Source: Halobacteriovoraceae bacterium (GTDB taxonomy: Bacteria; Bdellovibrionota; Bacteriovoracia; Bacteriovoracales; Bacteriovoracaceae). Taken from it: a stretch of 64,000 bases of DNA. The stretch's first letter is position 1, and every line of letters starts with the position of its first letter. The notes beneath the pieces were generated by a model that worked only from the letters and a program-made list of their open reading frames with translations, was not told the DNA's origin and did no database searches. The translations under genes and the position numbers were made by a program. The DNA lies in contig CAVRCF010000005.1 in assembly GCA_963719505.1 (NCBI GenBank), forward strand, positions 1,088,001 to 1,152,000. Reading direction: 5' to 3'. Positions 28,813 through 39,435 of the stretch are shown here, piece by piece.

Positions 28813-31242
28813 CTAGTTTGCAACCTGTGCCTGAGGCTTGTCCCCTTCGCCATCAAGTACCTTGAATGCTCTCTCCTTCATAAATTCTTCTGGAGATTGA
28901 AGATCTAATGCGATCTTTAATACTTCTTCAGCTTCTTTTACAGGATAGATATTCATTCCGGCTTTAATTTCGTCTGGTACTTTTGCTAAATCTTTCGCAT
29001 TCTTGAAAGGAATTACAACAGTTTGGATTCCAGCTTGTTTAGCAGCTAAAAGCTTCTCTTTTAAACCACCAATCGGCATAACTCTTCCTCTTAACGAAAT
29101 CTCACCAGTCATGGCAACATCTTGTCTTACAGGAATGCTTGCAATCGCGGAAGTTAAAGCAGTCGCCATGGTGATACCTGCACTTGGCCCATCTTTTGGT
29201 GTCGCACCATCTGGAACATGAACATGGATATCATTTTTATTATACCAGTCGTGATCAACACCTAAGCGATCTCCAATTGATCTAACATAACTCATTGCCG
29301 CTTTGGCTGATTCTTGCATAACGTCTCCAAGTTTACCTGTAACTTGAATTTTTCCTGTTCCTGGAATTGTTACGACTTCAATATGAAGTAACTCTCCACC
29401 AACGCTTGTATAAGCAAGACCATTAACAAGGCCTATCTCTGGTTGTTGTTCAATCATTGTTGATTCAAACTTAAGTGGCCCAAGATATTTCTCTAACGAT
29501 TTTTGTGTAATCGTATATTTCTTACCTTTTTCCACATCGTTCATAACAACATCAGTTGCAATCTTTCTAGCAATTGTATTCATGTATCTTTCAAGTCCAC
29601 GAACACCAGCTTCTCTAGTATATCCTCTAATGATTTTCATAAAGAATTTATCAGAAATACTCACTGGGTATTCAGAAAGACCATGATTTTTCACATGCTT
29701 TTTGAATAAGGTATTTTTTAGCGATTTGAAGTTTCTCAGCAGGTGTGTATCCAGCAATATTGATCATTTCCATTCTATCTCTAAGTGGTCCTGGAATTTT
29801 TCCAATATCATTTGCTGTCATAACAAACATAACTTTTGATAGATCGTATTCTGCTTCAATATAGTGATCGGTAAAGTTAACATTTTGTGCTGGATCTAGA
29901 ACTTCAAGCATTGCTGAAGCTTGGATCCCCTCTCATGTCTGAGCTCATTTTATCGATCTCATCTAAAAGGATAACTGGATTTCCTGTTCCCGCTTTTTTC
30001 ATCGCTTGCATGATCTTACCTGGCATCGCACCAACATAAGTTCTTCTGTGCCCACGAATCTCAGCTTCATCTCTTACACCACCCAGAGAGATTCTTTCGA
30101 ATTTTCTTCCCATTGATGTTGCAAGTGATTTACAGATTGAAGTTTTACCAACTCCTGGAGGACCTGCTAAACAAAGAATCGTTCCATTTGCACTTGAATC
30201 TTCAACTAAAGTTCTCACGGCCATGTATTCTAGAATTCTTTCTTTAACATCTTCAAGACCATAGTGATCTTCATCTAAAACTCTCTTTAGCATGTTTTAC
30301 ACTATTATCGTCTTTTGTGTACTCTTCCCATGGAAGTGAAGTCATCCAATCAATATAGTTTCTTACAACAGCAGACTCTGCTGACATAGGAGACATTGAC
30401 TTAAGTTTCTTGATTTCTTTTTCAACTTTCTCACGAGCCTCTTGTGGCATTTTCTTCGCGGCAAGTTTATCTTCCATCTCTCCAATCTCACCCTTTCCAT
30501 CTTCCTTGTTACCAAGTTCTTTTTGGATCGCGTTCATTTGTTCATTGAGATAGTATTCTTTCTGAGATTTTTCCATCTGTTGTTTAACGCGAGTTCTGAT
30601 TTTCTTCTCAACGTTAATAACTTCGATCTCCCCTTGCATTTTTTCTAAAAGAAGTTGAAGTCTTTGTTCAACATTGACAGCGTTAAGGATCTCTTGTTTT
30701 TCAGGAATCTTCATTGTTAAGTGAGCAACAATGATATCAGCAAGTCTTGAAGAATCAGTGATAGAAGAGATGCTCATAAGAAGTTCCGGTGGAATTCTCT
30801 TATTTAATTTTACGTATTGTTCGAAAACATTCTTAACGCTTCTAACAGTCGCCTCTGTTTCAACTTCTCCAGTTGCAACATCTTCACATTGATCAACGTC
30901 TGCGAAATAACCTTCTGCACGACATTCAAAGTCTGTGATACGAGCTCGATGTTTTCCTTCGATAAGAACTTTTACAGTGTTATCCGGTAAGCGAAGCATT
31001 TGGATGATATTTACAACGGTTCCAATATCGTAAACGTCACTTCTTTCTGGATTTAAAACACTAGCGTCTTTTTGAGTTACGAGAAATAATTCATTGCCAG
31101 CTTTTGCTGCTTTCTCAAGCGCTGCAATTGACTTTTCTCTTCCAACAAATAGCGGGACAACCATATGAGGAAAAATAATAACATCCCTTAGAGGAAGTAA
31201 AGGATAGTTCTTTGAATTTGATGATGACTTCTTGTCCGACAT
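28813..31242 (-). CDS. lon: ATP-dependent protease La (Lon), split by 3 apparent frameshifts
   Basis: [50 protein letters not shown] across four overlapping ORFs. Confidence 0.95.
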
Positions 31243-31683
31243 AGCACCTCCTGCGCTTTAGCTTCTAGTTGGACCCCCCTAGAGCTATACAATATTATTG
31301 TCCCAGATATTTGAATCGATTGCAAAAAAAATCCCGAGGCAAATATAACCTAGGAGAATTTTGTTTAAATCTATACAATTTTTACAATTTTCGGTGACAA
31401 TATGATCCCTAAATAAAAAAAAATTCAACTTTTTCTCACAAGATGAACATTTCGCTCAGGTTCTATGCTAATAACCCTGCTCATTGATCACCTATTAATA
31501 TCTTCAATTTAATTCTCCCTATTATTAGAAACGCGCTAAAAAAATAGATCTCGATCCTCCCCAAGCATCTATTTCATTGAAGATAGGTGGATACCAGACT
31601 GTTATTCCTACATCATGCATCATAATTCACCGATATTTCATCAAGTTGTGATAAACCTCCTGCATACCCCAAAGGAGAAAACC

Positions 31684-32394
31684 ATGAAATTACTTTCAAT
31701 CATTACATTATTTGGAGCAGTCGCTTCATTTAACGCAAGTGCAGACTGCTTAGTTGAATTAACAGGTGTAAATGTTAACCCTTTTATTGAGCGCGACTGT
31801 CGTGAAGCAATGAAAGAATGTTCAAAGTTCAAAAGAACTAGAAACTATTCTCATCTTCAATGTGAAATTGTAGACGACAACTATAGACCATATAATAATG
31901 GCGGAAATAATAATGGTGGTGGATACAACCCTCCACATAATACTGGTGGTAACTCTGGATATCCAAACGACACAGTTGGAGACATCATTGAGCACTTTAT
32001 CAGTGGTTTTTCAACAAACTGTTCTGTCGTTCCTTACGTTGACGGTAGATACCACCAAGTTTACGTAAACGGTAGATTCAAAGGAAACTATGAAATAAGC
32101 AGCTACGGTCAGCAGGCGGAGCTTAGACGTGTTCTCACAAGTTATGTAAGAAATGGTCAATGTAACTACAGCCAGTACGGTCAAAGTGGTCCAAGCTCAT
32201 CAAGCCTACTAAGTAGATATACTTCTAATTTTTACTACAACTGCCAAGTTGTTACAGAAAGAATCTATGGTTACTACCAACTTTATATCAACAACCAATT
32301 TAAAGGAAACTTTGATCCTTCATCTCCGGCAGAGATGGCAAGGTTGAATTACTCTTTAAGAAGCTATGACCAAAACGGAACATGTAGAAGATAA
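31684..32394 (+). CDS. Secreted protein with two ~54-aa Cys-bounded repeats
   Basis: AAGGAG RBS; signal peptide FNASA; repeats NCSVV..YHQVYVNGRFKGNY..NGQC and NCQVV..YYQLYINNQFKGNF..NGTC. Confidence 0.85.
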   Translation: MKLLSIITLFGAVASFNASADCLVELTGVNVNPFIERDCREAMKECSKFKRTRNYSHLQCEIVDDNYRPYNNGGNNNGGGYNPPHNTGGNSGYPNDTVGDIIEHFISGFSTNCSVVPYVDGRYHQVYVNGRFKGNYEISSYGQQAELRRVLTSYVRNGQCNYSQYGQSGPSSSSLLSRYTSNFYYNCQVVTERIYGYYQLYINNQFKGNFDPSSPAEMARLNYSLRSYDQNGTCRR

Positions 32395-32397
32395 ATT

Positions 32398-32430
32398 AAA
32401 AAAGGGAGCTCTAAGCTCCCTTCTTTATTT
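32398..32430. terminator. Bidirectional Rho-independent terminator
   Basis: A-tract, AAGGGAGCT-CTA-AGCTCCCTT, T-rich tail, between convergent genes. Confidence 0.85.
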
Positions 32431-32447
32431 GTAACTATTTTTTTAAT

Positions 32448-33785
32448 CTATGAAGCATCCTCTTCGACCTTCGCCGCACCTATGGCGCTTTTCTTAGGTT
32501 CCGGAGCAAGTTTTCTCTCACCTTCAACTAATCTTGGACTCTCTGTCCCATCAATTGAAGCTTTAGTGACGATGCATTTTGCTATCTTCTCATTGCTTGG
32601 AATTTCATACATTACATCAAGCATCGTCTGCTCAAGAATAGACCTAAGCCCACGAGCTCCAGTTTTCTTATTAATAGCAGTCTTAGCCACCTCTAAAAGA
32701 GCATCTTCTTCAAACTCTAGCTCAATACCATCAAACTCAAAAAGCTTTTGATATTGCTTTGTAATAGCGTTCTTTAGGTTTAGTTAAGAATTTGAACTAG
32801 ATGCTTCTTCATCAAGTTCTTGCAAGCATGGCATTCACGGGAAGACGTCCAATAAATTCAGGAATTAAACCAAATTTTGAAAGATCTCCGGACTCAATTC
32901 CACCCAGGTTTTCAATATTTGTTTTCTTCTACGTTCTTATCAGCTTGCTTTTTTCCCTGCAAGTCCAAGTGCTGGTTTTTTATTTTGTCTTTGCTCGATG
33001 ATTTTATCTAATCCAACAAATGCTCCAGCAACAATAAAAAGAATATTCTTAGTGTTTACTTGTAAAAATTCTTGTTGAGGATGCTTACGTCCACCTTTAG
33101 GAGGAACACTTGCTACAGTTCCTTCAATAAGTTTTAGCAGTGCTTGCTGAACACCTTCACCAGAAACGTCTCTCGTGATAGATGGGTTTTCAGACTTTCT
33201 TAGCAATCTTATCAATCTCATCAATATAGACGATCCCTCTTTGAGCTCGTTCAATATCGTAATCACAGTTTTGTAAAAGATTTAAGAATAATATTTTCAA
33301 CATCTTCACCAACATATCCTGCTTCTGTTAAGCTTGTTGCATCTGCAATCGCAAAGGGAACATTAAGATATTTTGCAAGAGACTGTGCAATCAAAGTTTT
33401 ACCAGAACCCGTTGGTCCCGCTAAAAGAATATTCGATTTCGCTAGTTCTACACTTATCTCCATCTTTTACCAGATGGTCTGTGAGCGATTCTTTTATAAG
33501 TGATTATGAACAGCAACAGAGATAATTTTCTTTGCTCTATCTTGTCCAATAACATAATTATCAAGATGCTCTTTAATCTCATGAGGCTTTGGAACATTGT
33601 CCAGAGCAGTTTTAGAAACCTGCTTAACAGAATCTTCGTAGATAATGTCGTTACAAAGTTCAATACATTCATCACAAATATAGACACCAGGACCTGCAAT
33701 TAAGCTTTTTTACTTCTTTTTGAGATTTTCCACAAAAGTTACAATGTAAGTGCTCCGTAACTTTCGCCTTGCTTTTTTACGTCAT
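32448..33785 (-). CDS. clpX: ClpX ATPase, multiple apparent frameshifts
   Basis: [73 protein letters not shown] in shifting frames. Confidence 0.93.
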
Positions 33786-34432
33786 TATTTTCCTCGTTTT
33801 ATTTTAGCGATTCTCTTATTTATCGACTCTGTTTTACCTTTAGGCTCAATGATTTTATCAATTAGACCTAACTCTTTTGCAGCTTTTCTGGACCTAGATA
33901 ATTATCTCTATCCATCGCTTCTTCATATTCTTCATAAGACATATCTCCAGAAGTATGATCAACATAAATTTGAGTAAGTTGTTGTTTTAAATCTTGAATT
34001 TCTTGTGCTTGAATTTGAATATCACTTGCCTGTCCTCTAGCTCCACCAAGAGGTTGGTGAATCATGATTCTAGAATGTGGAAGTAGCATATCTATTTCCT
34101 TTATGACCTGCGGATAAAAGAAGTGATCCCATTGAAGCTGCAAGTCCCACACAGTAAGTGTAAACCGGACAAGAAATGTGTTGCATAATATCGTAGATAC
34201 CAAGACCAGCGTAAACGCTTCCACCTGGACTATTAATATAGAAGTGAATCGGTGCTTCTGACATCTGATTGCTCTAAAAAAAGCATTTGAGCGATAAGAA
34301 GATTTGCAACTGTGTCGTTAACTTCTGTTCCTAAGAAAAATAATTCTATCTAAAAGAAGACGTAGAATAGATATCATATTGTCTCTCCCCTCTTGCCGTT
34401 TGTTCAATAACAACTGGATTTGGGATGTACAT
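33785..34432 (-). CDS. clpP: ClpP protease proteolytic subunit, multiple apparent frameshifts
   Basis: [57 protein letters not shown]; both ends approximate. Confidence 0.93.
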
Positions 34433-34502
34433 TTTAGGTGCTTCATTTTAACTTTCCTTTTGTATGATAGATTCATACTTTTATTGGAATCCATGTAGTT
34501 AC

Positions 34503-34530
34503 TTTTCGGTCTATTCCCCAGTTAACTTAA
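34503..34530 (-). promoter_or_regulatory. Candidate sigma28 promoter for clpP-clpX
   Basis: Minus strand TTAAG-N15-ACCGAAAA. Confidence 0.55.
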
Positions 34531-34781
34531 TAAAAACTCTAACTTAATTTAACGCTATTTCAAGGGTTTAAAGAGAATCTGTTTACATACCTGACTAAAG
34601 CGCTCAGAGCCATTGTGGAGCCTTTAAACAGCATTTTTAGGGTCAAATATCGCCCAGCACTATTTGCCGGAGGCTTTTTGACTGTGAAACATTTTCAAAT
34701 GAAATTGATAGAATGCTCCTCAAAACCTATAAGTATCAAAAATAACGAGCCGTAAGAAACCTAAAAACAATTGTGAGAGTT

Positions 34782-34797
34782 TGGCATCTGGTTTGCT
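34782..34797 (+). promoter_or_regulatory. Candidate sigma54 promoter
   Basis: TGGCAT-CTGGT-TTGCT, GG-N10-GC. Confidence 0.7.
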
Positions 34798-34861
34798 CAA
34801 TAGTTGATGAGAGTTAAGGAATAACCCTCGCTAATATTATGGAAGATGACCTAGGAGAGAG

Positions 34862-35158
34862 ATGAACAATTCAAACGTAGTTGATTTACAACAGCAGAGA
34901 AAAAAAGCAGCGTTAAAAAAGACTGAGCATAATTTTAAAGCTTACCTATCGAGCTTAAAGCAAGAGCAGCTTCAAACAGAAGCAAACTTCCTTTTAAACC
35001 AATTCTCAGATGAGTACAGTGAAGACTATCTTTTAAAGAGTGCTCTTCTTATGGATGAACTCGCTAAAAGAGTGAGTGCAACGAATATGTCTCATACCAT
35101 TAATAAGTATGCTCAAAATTTAAGAGAAAAGTTAGAGAAAGCTGACGAACTTAATTAA
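34862..35158 (+). CDS. Small helical hypothetical protein
   Basis: AGGAGA RBS; 98 aa; NVVDLQQQRK N-terminus. Confidence 0.75.
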   Translation: MNNSNVVDLQQQRKKAALKKTEHNFKAYLSSLKQEQLQTEANFLLNQFSDEYSEDYLLKSALLMDELAKRVSATNMSHTINKYAQNLREKLEKADELN

Positions 35159-35355
35159 TGAAAGAATTAAGTCCTCAACTCAAGCATGATTTTATCAATA
35201 ATAGTATTCGAATAGAAGTGCTATCAAAAATTATTTGCGAGGGCTTAAATAAAAATGAGGACCTGAATCCTACTCACCTCAATGATATGGAAGACTTTCT
35301 TTTAAAAGAGATCAACCTTCTCAAAGAAATTAAAAACTTTACTCACAGCCATTGA
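35158..35355 (+). CDS. Small hypothetical protein
   Basis: TAATG translational coupling with the upstream gene; LKHDFIN is weakly H-box-like. Confidence 0.55.
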   Translation: MKELSPQLKHDFINNSIRIEVLSKIICEGLNKNEDLNPTHLNDMEDFLLKEINLLKEIKNFTHSH

Positions 35356-35918
35356 AGACTTTGATAATCATGCTGAACTTTCTTAAAGAGGATTGAAATC
35401 TTCTCCTCTTTTTCATAGCCCAAGATCGGAGCTAGTAAACGCACTTTCTCAATATTTTGCTCATCAGTATTTAATGAATCGATGAGAACTTGCAAATAGA
35501 TAAGGTTACTAGAAAACACTTTTACATACTCTTTAATGGCCATCTCAGCCGAATGAGGAACATCAGTGAACTTCAGTCCTATACGAGAAGTAAAAGCTTG
35601 TTCAGCTTTTGATTCTATACCAATTTTTCTCACCATCGTTGACTTTAATCGAACAATTGTATTTTCAGTCATATCTGGAGAATAGTTTTGAAGCCTCTCT
35701 AAGGTGAAGTTTTTGAAAAGAGGCATTTGTCGAAGACTTAACATTAAAGGAACATTTTCATTATTTTCTGGAAAATGGGGAACCTGATCTAATAGTAATC
35801 CCCCTTCAGAAAGATTTAAAGAGCGTGCTTTGAAAACAAAGTCATTATCAACATATAAAACGGGCTCTGAATAAGGAGCCCGTAAATATAAACGCTGATA
35901 GTCTCTTTTGGTCTTCAT
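35343..35918 (-). CDS. PilZ-domain protein
   Basis: QRLYLRAP and NLSEGG motifs; RIGLKF. Confidence 0.8.
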   Translation of the reverse strand: MKTKRDYQRLYLRAPYSEPVLYVDNDFVFKARSLNLSEGGLLLDQVPHFPENNENVPLMLSLRQMPLFKNFTLERLQNYSPDMTENTIVRLKSTMVRKIGIESKAEQAFTSRIGLKFTDVPHSAEMAIKEYVKVFSSNLIYLQVLIDSLNTDEQNIEKVRLLAPILGYEKEEKISILFKKVQHDYQSLQWL

Positions 35919-37237
35919 TACAGAAGCTCACTCGCAATCTCAGAAAGACGTGATCTCTCACCTTGCTTAAGCTTCGTGTGGGCCACAATATCTTCGCCTT
36001 TTAGTCTATCAATACAATAAACAAGTCCATTATTAATTGCATCCAAATAAGGGTTATCGATTTGCTCACTATCTCCGGTTAGAACAATTTTTGTTCCCTC
36101 TCCTGCTCTTGTAATAATCGTTTTAATCTCATGAGGAGTGAGGTTTTGGGCCTCATCAACAATCATATACTGACCAGGAAGAGATCTTCCTCGAATATAA
36201 GTTAGTGGCTCAACGTGGAGAAGTCCTTGATTAATAAGTTCATCCCAAGTTGTCGCTTCATTATTTGCTCTTTGGCTTCCAAAAAGAAAATCGATATTAT
36301 CGAAAATTGGTTGCATCCATGGACCTAACTTCTCATTAACATCCCCTGGTAAAAAACCAAGATCACGTCCCATTGGAACAATAGGTCTTGAGACAAGAAC
36401 TCTTGAAAACTTTTGTTGTGTTATCGTCGCTTCAAGACCCGCAGCGATTGCTAAAAGAGTCTTTCCCGTTCCCGCTTTACCAACAAGACTGACAAGAGCA
36501 ATTTCGTTATTTAAAAGGGCGTCAAAAGCAAATTGCTGCTCAACATTTTTAGGATGAACACCCCAAACACCTTCTCTAGACTTGATAAGTGGAACAATAC
36601 CACCTTTCTTTTGATGAAAGCGGCCAAGCTGTCTTTTTTGAGGATTGCCTGTCTCATGCATAATAATATATTCATTCGGATAGAAGCCTTTAACCTCTTC
36701 TTCTTTTAATTGTAAAAATCTATTTGATTCAAACTCTGAAAGCCTAGAAGCCTCCATTTCCACAATACGATGACCCTGGTAAAGCTCATCAATCGAAATC
36801 TCACTTGTCTCATAATCTTCAGCAGCAACACCTACAGCGTCGGCTTTCAGTCTTAGATTGATATCTTTAGTAATGAGAACAACATCCTCTCCACTTTCTT
36901 TTAAAGACAAGGCATTGGCGAGAATTAGGTTATCATTTATAGAGAGATCAATCCCAGTGTGAGTTGTTGCAGGTTCTCTTAAAATTGAAATCTGTAGTGA
37001 ACCTTTTTCATTTATAGGAACGCCTTTGACTAAAGAGCCACCTGCTCTCATACCGTCTACAAGTCTTGCAAAATGTCTGGCATTTCTTCCGTTTTCATTT
37101 TGATCCTTTTTAAAGCGATCTAATTCTTCAACAACAACCAGTGGGATAAACACTTTGTTGTTTCCAAATTTGTTGATTGAAAGGGGGTCAAAAAGAAGTA
37201 CGTTGGTGTCGATAACAAAAGTTTTACTAGCGCTCAA
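35918..37237 (-). CDS. PIN-PhoH fusion (PhoH2/YlaK-type)
   Basis: PIN motifs FVIDTNVLL, ND..IL, TKDINLRLKA; PhoH motifs GKAGTGKT, GFLPGD, YIRGRS, DEAQNLT. Confidence 0.93.
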   Translation of the reverse strand: MSASKTFVIDTNVLLFDPLSINKFGNNKVFIPLVVVEELDRFKKDQNENGRNARHFARLVDGMRAGGSLVKGVPINEKGSLQISILREPATTHTGIDLSINDNLILANALSLKESGEDVVLITKDINLRLKADAVGVAAEDYETSEISIDELYQGHRIVEMEASRLSEFESNRFLQLKEEEVKGFYPNEYIIMHETGNPQKRQLGRFHQKKGGIVPLIKSREGVWGVHPKNVEQQFAFDALLNNEIALVSLVGKAGTGKTLLAIAAGLEATITQQKFSRVLVSRPIVPMGRDLGFLPGDVNEKLGPWMQPIFDNIDFLFGSQRANNEATTWDELINQGLLHVEPLTYIRGRSLPGQYMIVDEAQNLTPHEIKTIITRAGEGTKIVLTGDSEQIDNPYLDAINNGLVYCIDRLKGEDIVAHTKLKQGERSRLSEIASELL

Positions 37238-37302
37238 TAGTCTCTCCTAATAAAGATGTGAGTGTTACTTTATTGTAGAAGAAAAAAAACTAAACTTCAA
37301 AA

Positions 37303-38415
37303 CTAAACGTCGAAATTAAAATCGAAAAGGCTGACATAGACTACGACTCTTTCCGAGGCTTGCTGATCTGCTTTTTCACCGATATCCACTCCATAGATAC
37401 CAGCATAGGTTTTAATGGCCCCAAGATCAAGCTTAATACCATAGCTATACTGTCCACTATTGAGCCCGGCCAGTACAGATAAAGCTGGGGTAAAGATAAG
37501 CTCAGTTCCAAGTCTCACCCTTTTTGAAAAATCCAGATCAAAGCTTTCAAGATTTCTAAGGTCAGCAGAGAACAACATCCCAAATCCCGTATGCTTGATA
37601 AGATAAGAGGCTCCAAAGTTTGCTTTCAATGGTTGAGACTGAACACTCGACTGCTTTGTTGAACTAGTCGTATTAAACTTCGTATAGGCATCTAAAAGAG
37701 AAAAGCCCATAGTAAAAAGGTTATTTCCTTTTCGCTTCACATAATCCAGCCCAAAGTCTACTCCCCACGCTGACCCTTTAGATTTTCCAAAGGCATCGGC
37801 TAATATATCAGAGTATTCAGAAATATCACCGGCGTTTTCTATCTGATCGATAAGATCAATGGAGCTAGAGCTCAATAAATTATACGTCCCATAAATTGAT
37901 TCTCTTTGAACGTATTTTACACTCATTCCAAATGCCAAATCTCCATTCAAGGGAAAACCATAACCCGCTATAAATCCACGGTCGTAGTGGTGATCGATAT
38001 CAAGCATAGGAGTATATCGATTAACCACATTCATATTTGTCTGATTATTAACAATCGCCGAGAACCCAAATCGACCAAGCTTGAAGCCTGGACTTGCATT
38101 CAATCCAATATGAATAGGTGTATCAACAAAGTTATCAAAAAACTCACTTGTCGTGCTTCCCGAATCTTCAAATTTATTTTCAGCAGTTAAAATATTTGTC
38201 ACTGTGACCTGAGGATTGATGGCCCAAAAAGACAGACCCTTGTGACGGGCTAAAATGGCTGGATTATAGTAGAGAGTGAATTCATCGTCCGCAATTGATG
38301 TGTAGGCATCTCCCATCAAAAGAGCTTTTGGTGAACGGGAAAAATATCGATCATTAAGAGCAAAAAGATTTGAACTAAAAATAAGAAGGATAAAGATCAA
38401 AGATGAATGCATCAA
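37303..38415 (-). CDS. Outer-membrane beta-barrel (TraF/PorV-like N-terminus)
   Basis: ALLMGDAYTSIADD...YYNPA motif; alternating beta strands; aromatic C-terminus. Confidence 0.7.
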   Translation of the reverse strand: MMHSSLIFILLIFSSNLFALNDRYFSRSPKALLMGDAYTSIADDEFTLYYNPAILARHKGLSFWAINPQVTVTNILTAENKFEDSGSTTSEFFDNFVDTPIHIGLNASPGFKLGRFGFSAIVNNQTNMNVVNRYTPMLDIDHHYDRGFIAGYGFPLNGDLAFGMSVKYVQRESIYGTYNLLSSSSIDLIDQIENAGDISEYSDILADAFGKSKGSAWGVDFGLDYVKRKGNNLFTMGFSLLDAYTKFNTTSSTKQSSVQSQPLKANFGASYLIKHTGFGMLFSADLRNLESFDLDFSKRVRLGTELIFTPALSVLAGLNSGQYSYGIKLDLGAIKTYAGIYGVDIGEKADQQASERVVVYVSLFDFNFDV

Positions 38416-39389
38416 TTATGGTTTCCTTCGATAAAAACTGAATAGAAGGCTTCCAATTGATTTTTATTCGTTGTGTTTGTCGTCGCAGTCGTTACACAAC
38501 TTGGGACATCCAAAAATGAGTCGTAAGCTGTCACGGCTGCACCGTCCCCCTTTGAAGAGAGATAAGCAGTCCCCGCCGATTTGATATCCTCAAGGGCGTC
38601 GAGAGCATCCTCAATATTTCCTAGATCACTGGTGTCTTGAGGAAGATCTAAATTAAATAAAAGATCATAGAAATTATTATAAAGAACAACACCCTCGCAC
38701 AGCTTTCTTTCATATTCAGAGTCTGATACGAGTATTGAGACATCACTATTTGAAGTCGTTGCACCGGTGCAAGAATCAGTATTTATTTCATCAAGGTAAT
38801 CATTATTAACATTGGCATAATTATACTGAGCAAGACAAACGGCTGAACTTCCCGAACCCGCTCCTTTAGATCCTGATGAATCCACATTTCCGTATGCGCC
38901 AAAGTATTTAGACAATAAAATTGTGGTAAGGAAAAAGGCCTGATAGTTAAGCTCTCCACCACCAGTTTCTCCAAACTTTTGCTTTCGTCCTAGTGACCCC
39001 TTAGTACTACTTGAGTTTTGGATAACTTCCAAAGCTTTCATAATATTAAGATACTTATCATCATCAGGCTGAGTCACCTCTTGACCAGCATCAAAAGAGG
39101 CGAGAATGGCAAAAAGATTTTGTGCTTGAGAGTCTAGAGCTCCCAGCTCATCAAGGACAGTTTCTAGCTCTCTATAGTTTGCTCGACACTGATAAACTGA
39201 AGCGTATAACGAGACATAAACTTTATCATCTGAATCTGGTGATATGCTGTCGAGGGCTTTCTTTGCTGCAGAACAATCTCCACTTGAGAGAAAGTGGAGG
39301 GCTTCTTTTTTTGCAGAAATGACTTCTTCTTCTTTGTTTGCACAAGATGTGGAGAAGATGAATAGAAGGCTTAATATAAAATATTTCAC
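38412..39389 (-). CDS. Hypothetical lipoprotein
   Basis: Lipobox-like STSC; helical, TPR-like N-terminus; coupled to the barrel gene. Confidence 0.72.
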   Translation of the reverse strand: MKYFILSLLFIFSTSCANKEEEVISAKKEALHFLSSGDCSAAKKALDSISPDSDDKVYVSLYASVYQCRANYRELETVLDELGALDSQAQNLFAILASFDAGQEVTQPDDDKYLNIMKALEVIQNSSSTKGSLGRKQKFGETGGGELNYQAFFLTTILLSKYFGAYGNVDSSGSKGAGSGSSAVCLAQYNYANVNNDYLDEINTDSCTGATTSNSDVSILVSDSEYERKLCEGVVLYNNFYDLLFNLDLPQDTSDLGNIEDALDALEDIKSAGTAYLSSKGDGAAVTAYDSFLDVPSCVTTATTNTTNKNQLEAFYSVFIEGNHN

Positions 39390-39435
39390 TCTTCTATTCT
39401 AAGTCGTTTTATAACCTCAAATTAGAGGGCAAAAT

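Noticed and set aside
31380-31415. Sigma28 promoter for lon
   Set aside because: ACCGAAAA box present but the -35 match and spacing are poor.
33820-33845. Internal sigma28 promoter for clpX
   Set aside because: TAAAG to GTCGATAA spacing is only 10 nt and the region is error-rich.
28813-34432. Calling lon, clpX and clpP true pseudogenes or programmed frameshifts
   Set aside because: Inspected indels fall in short homopolymers, motifs are undegraded and no consistent slippery site or stimulator is seen; sequencing error is more parsimonious.
37303-38415. Conjugative element implied by a TraF-like barrel
   Set aside because: No relaxase, coupling protein or T4SS genes; the context is housekeeping.
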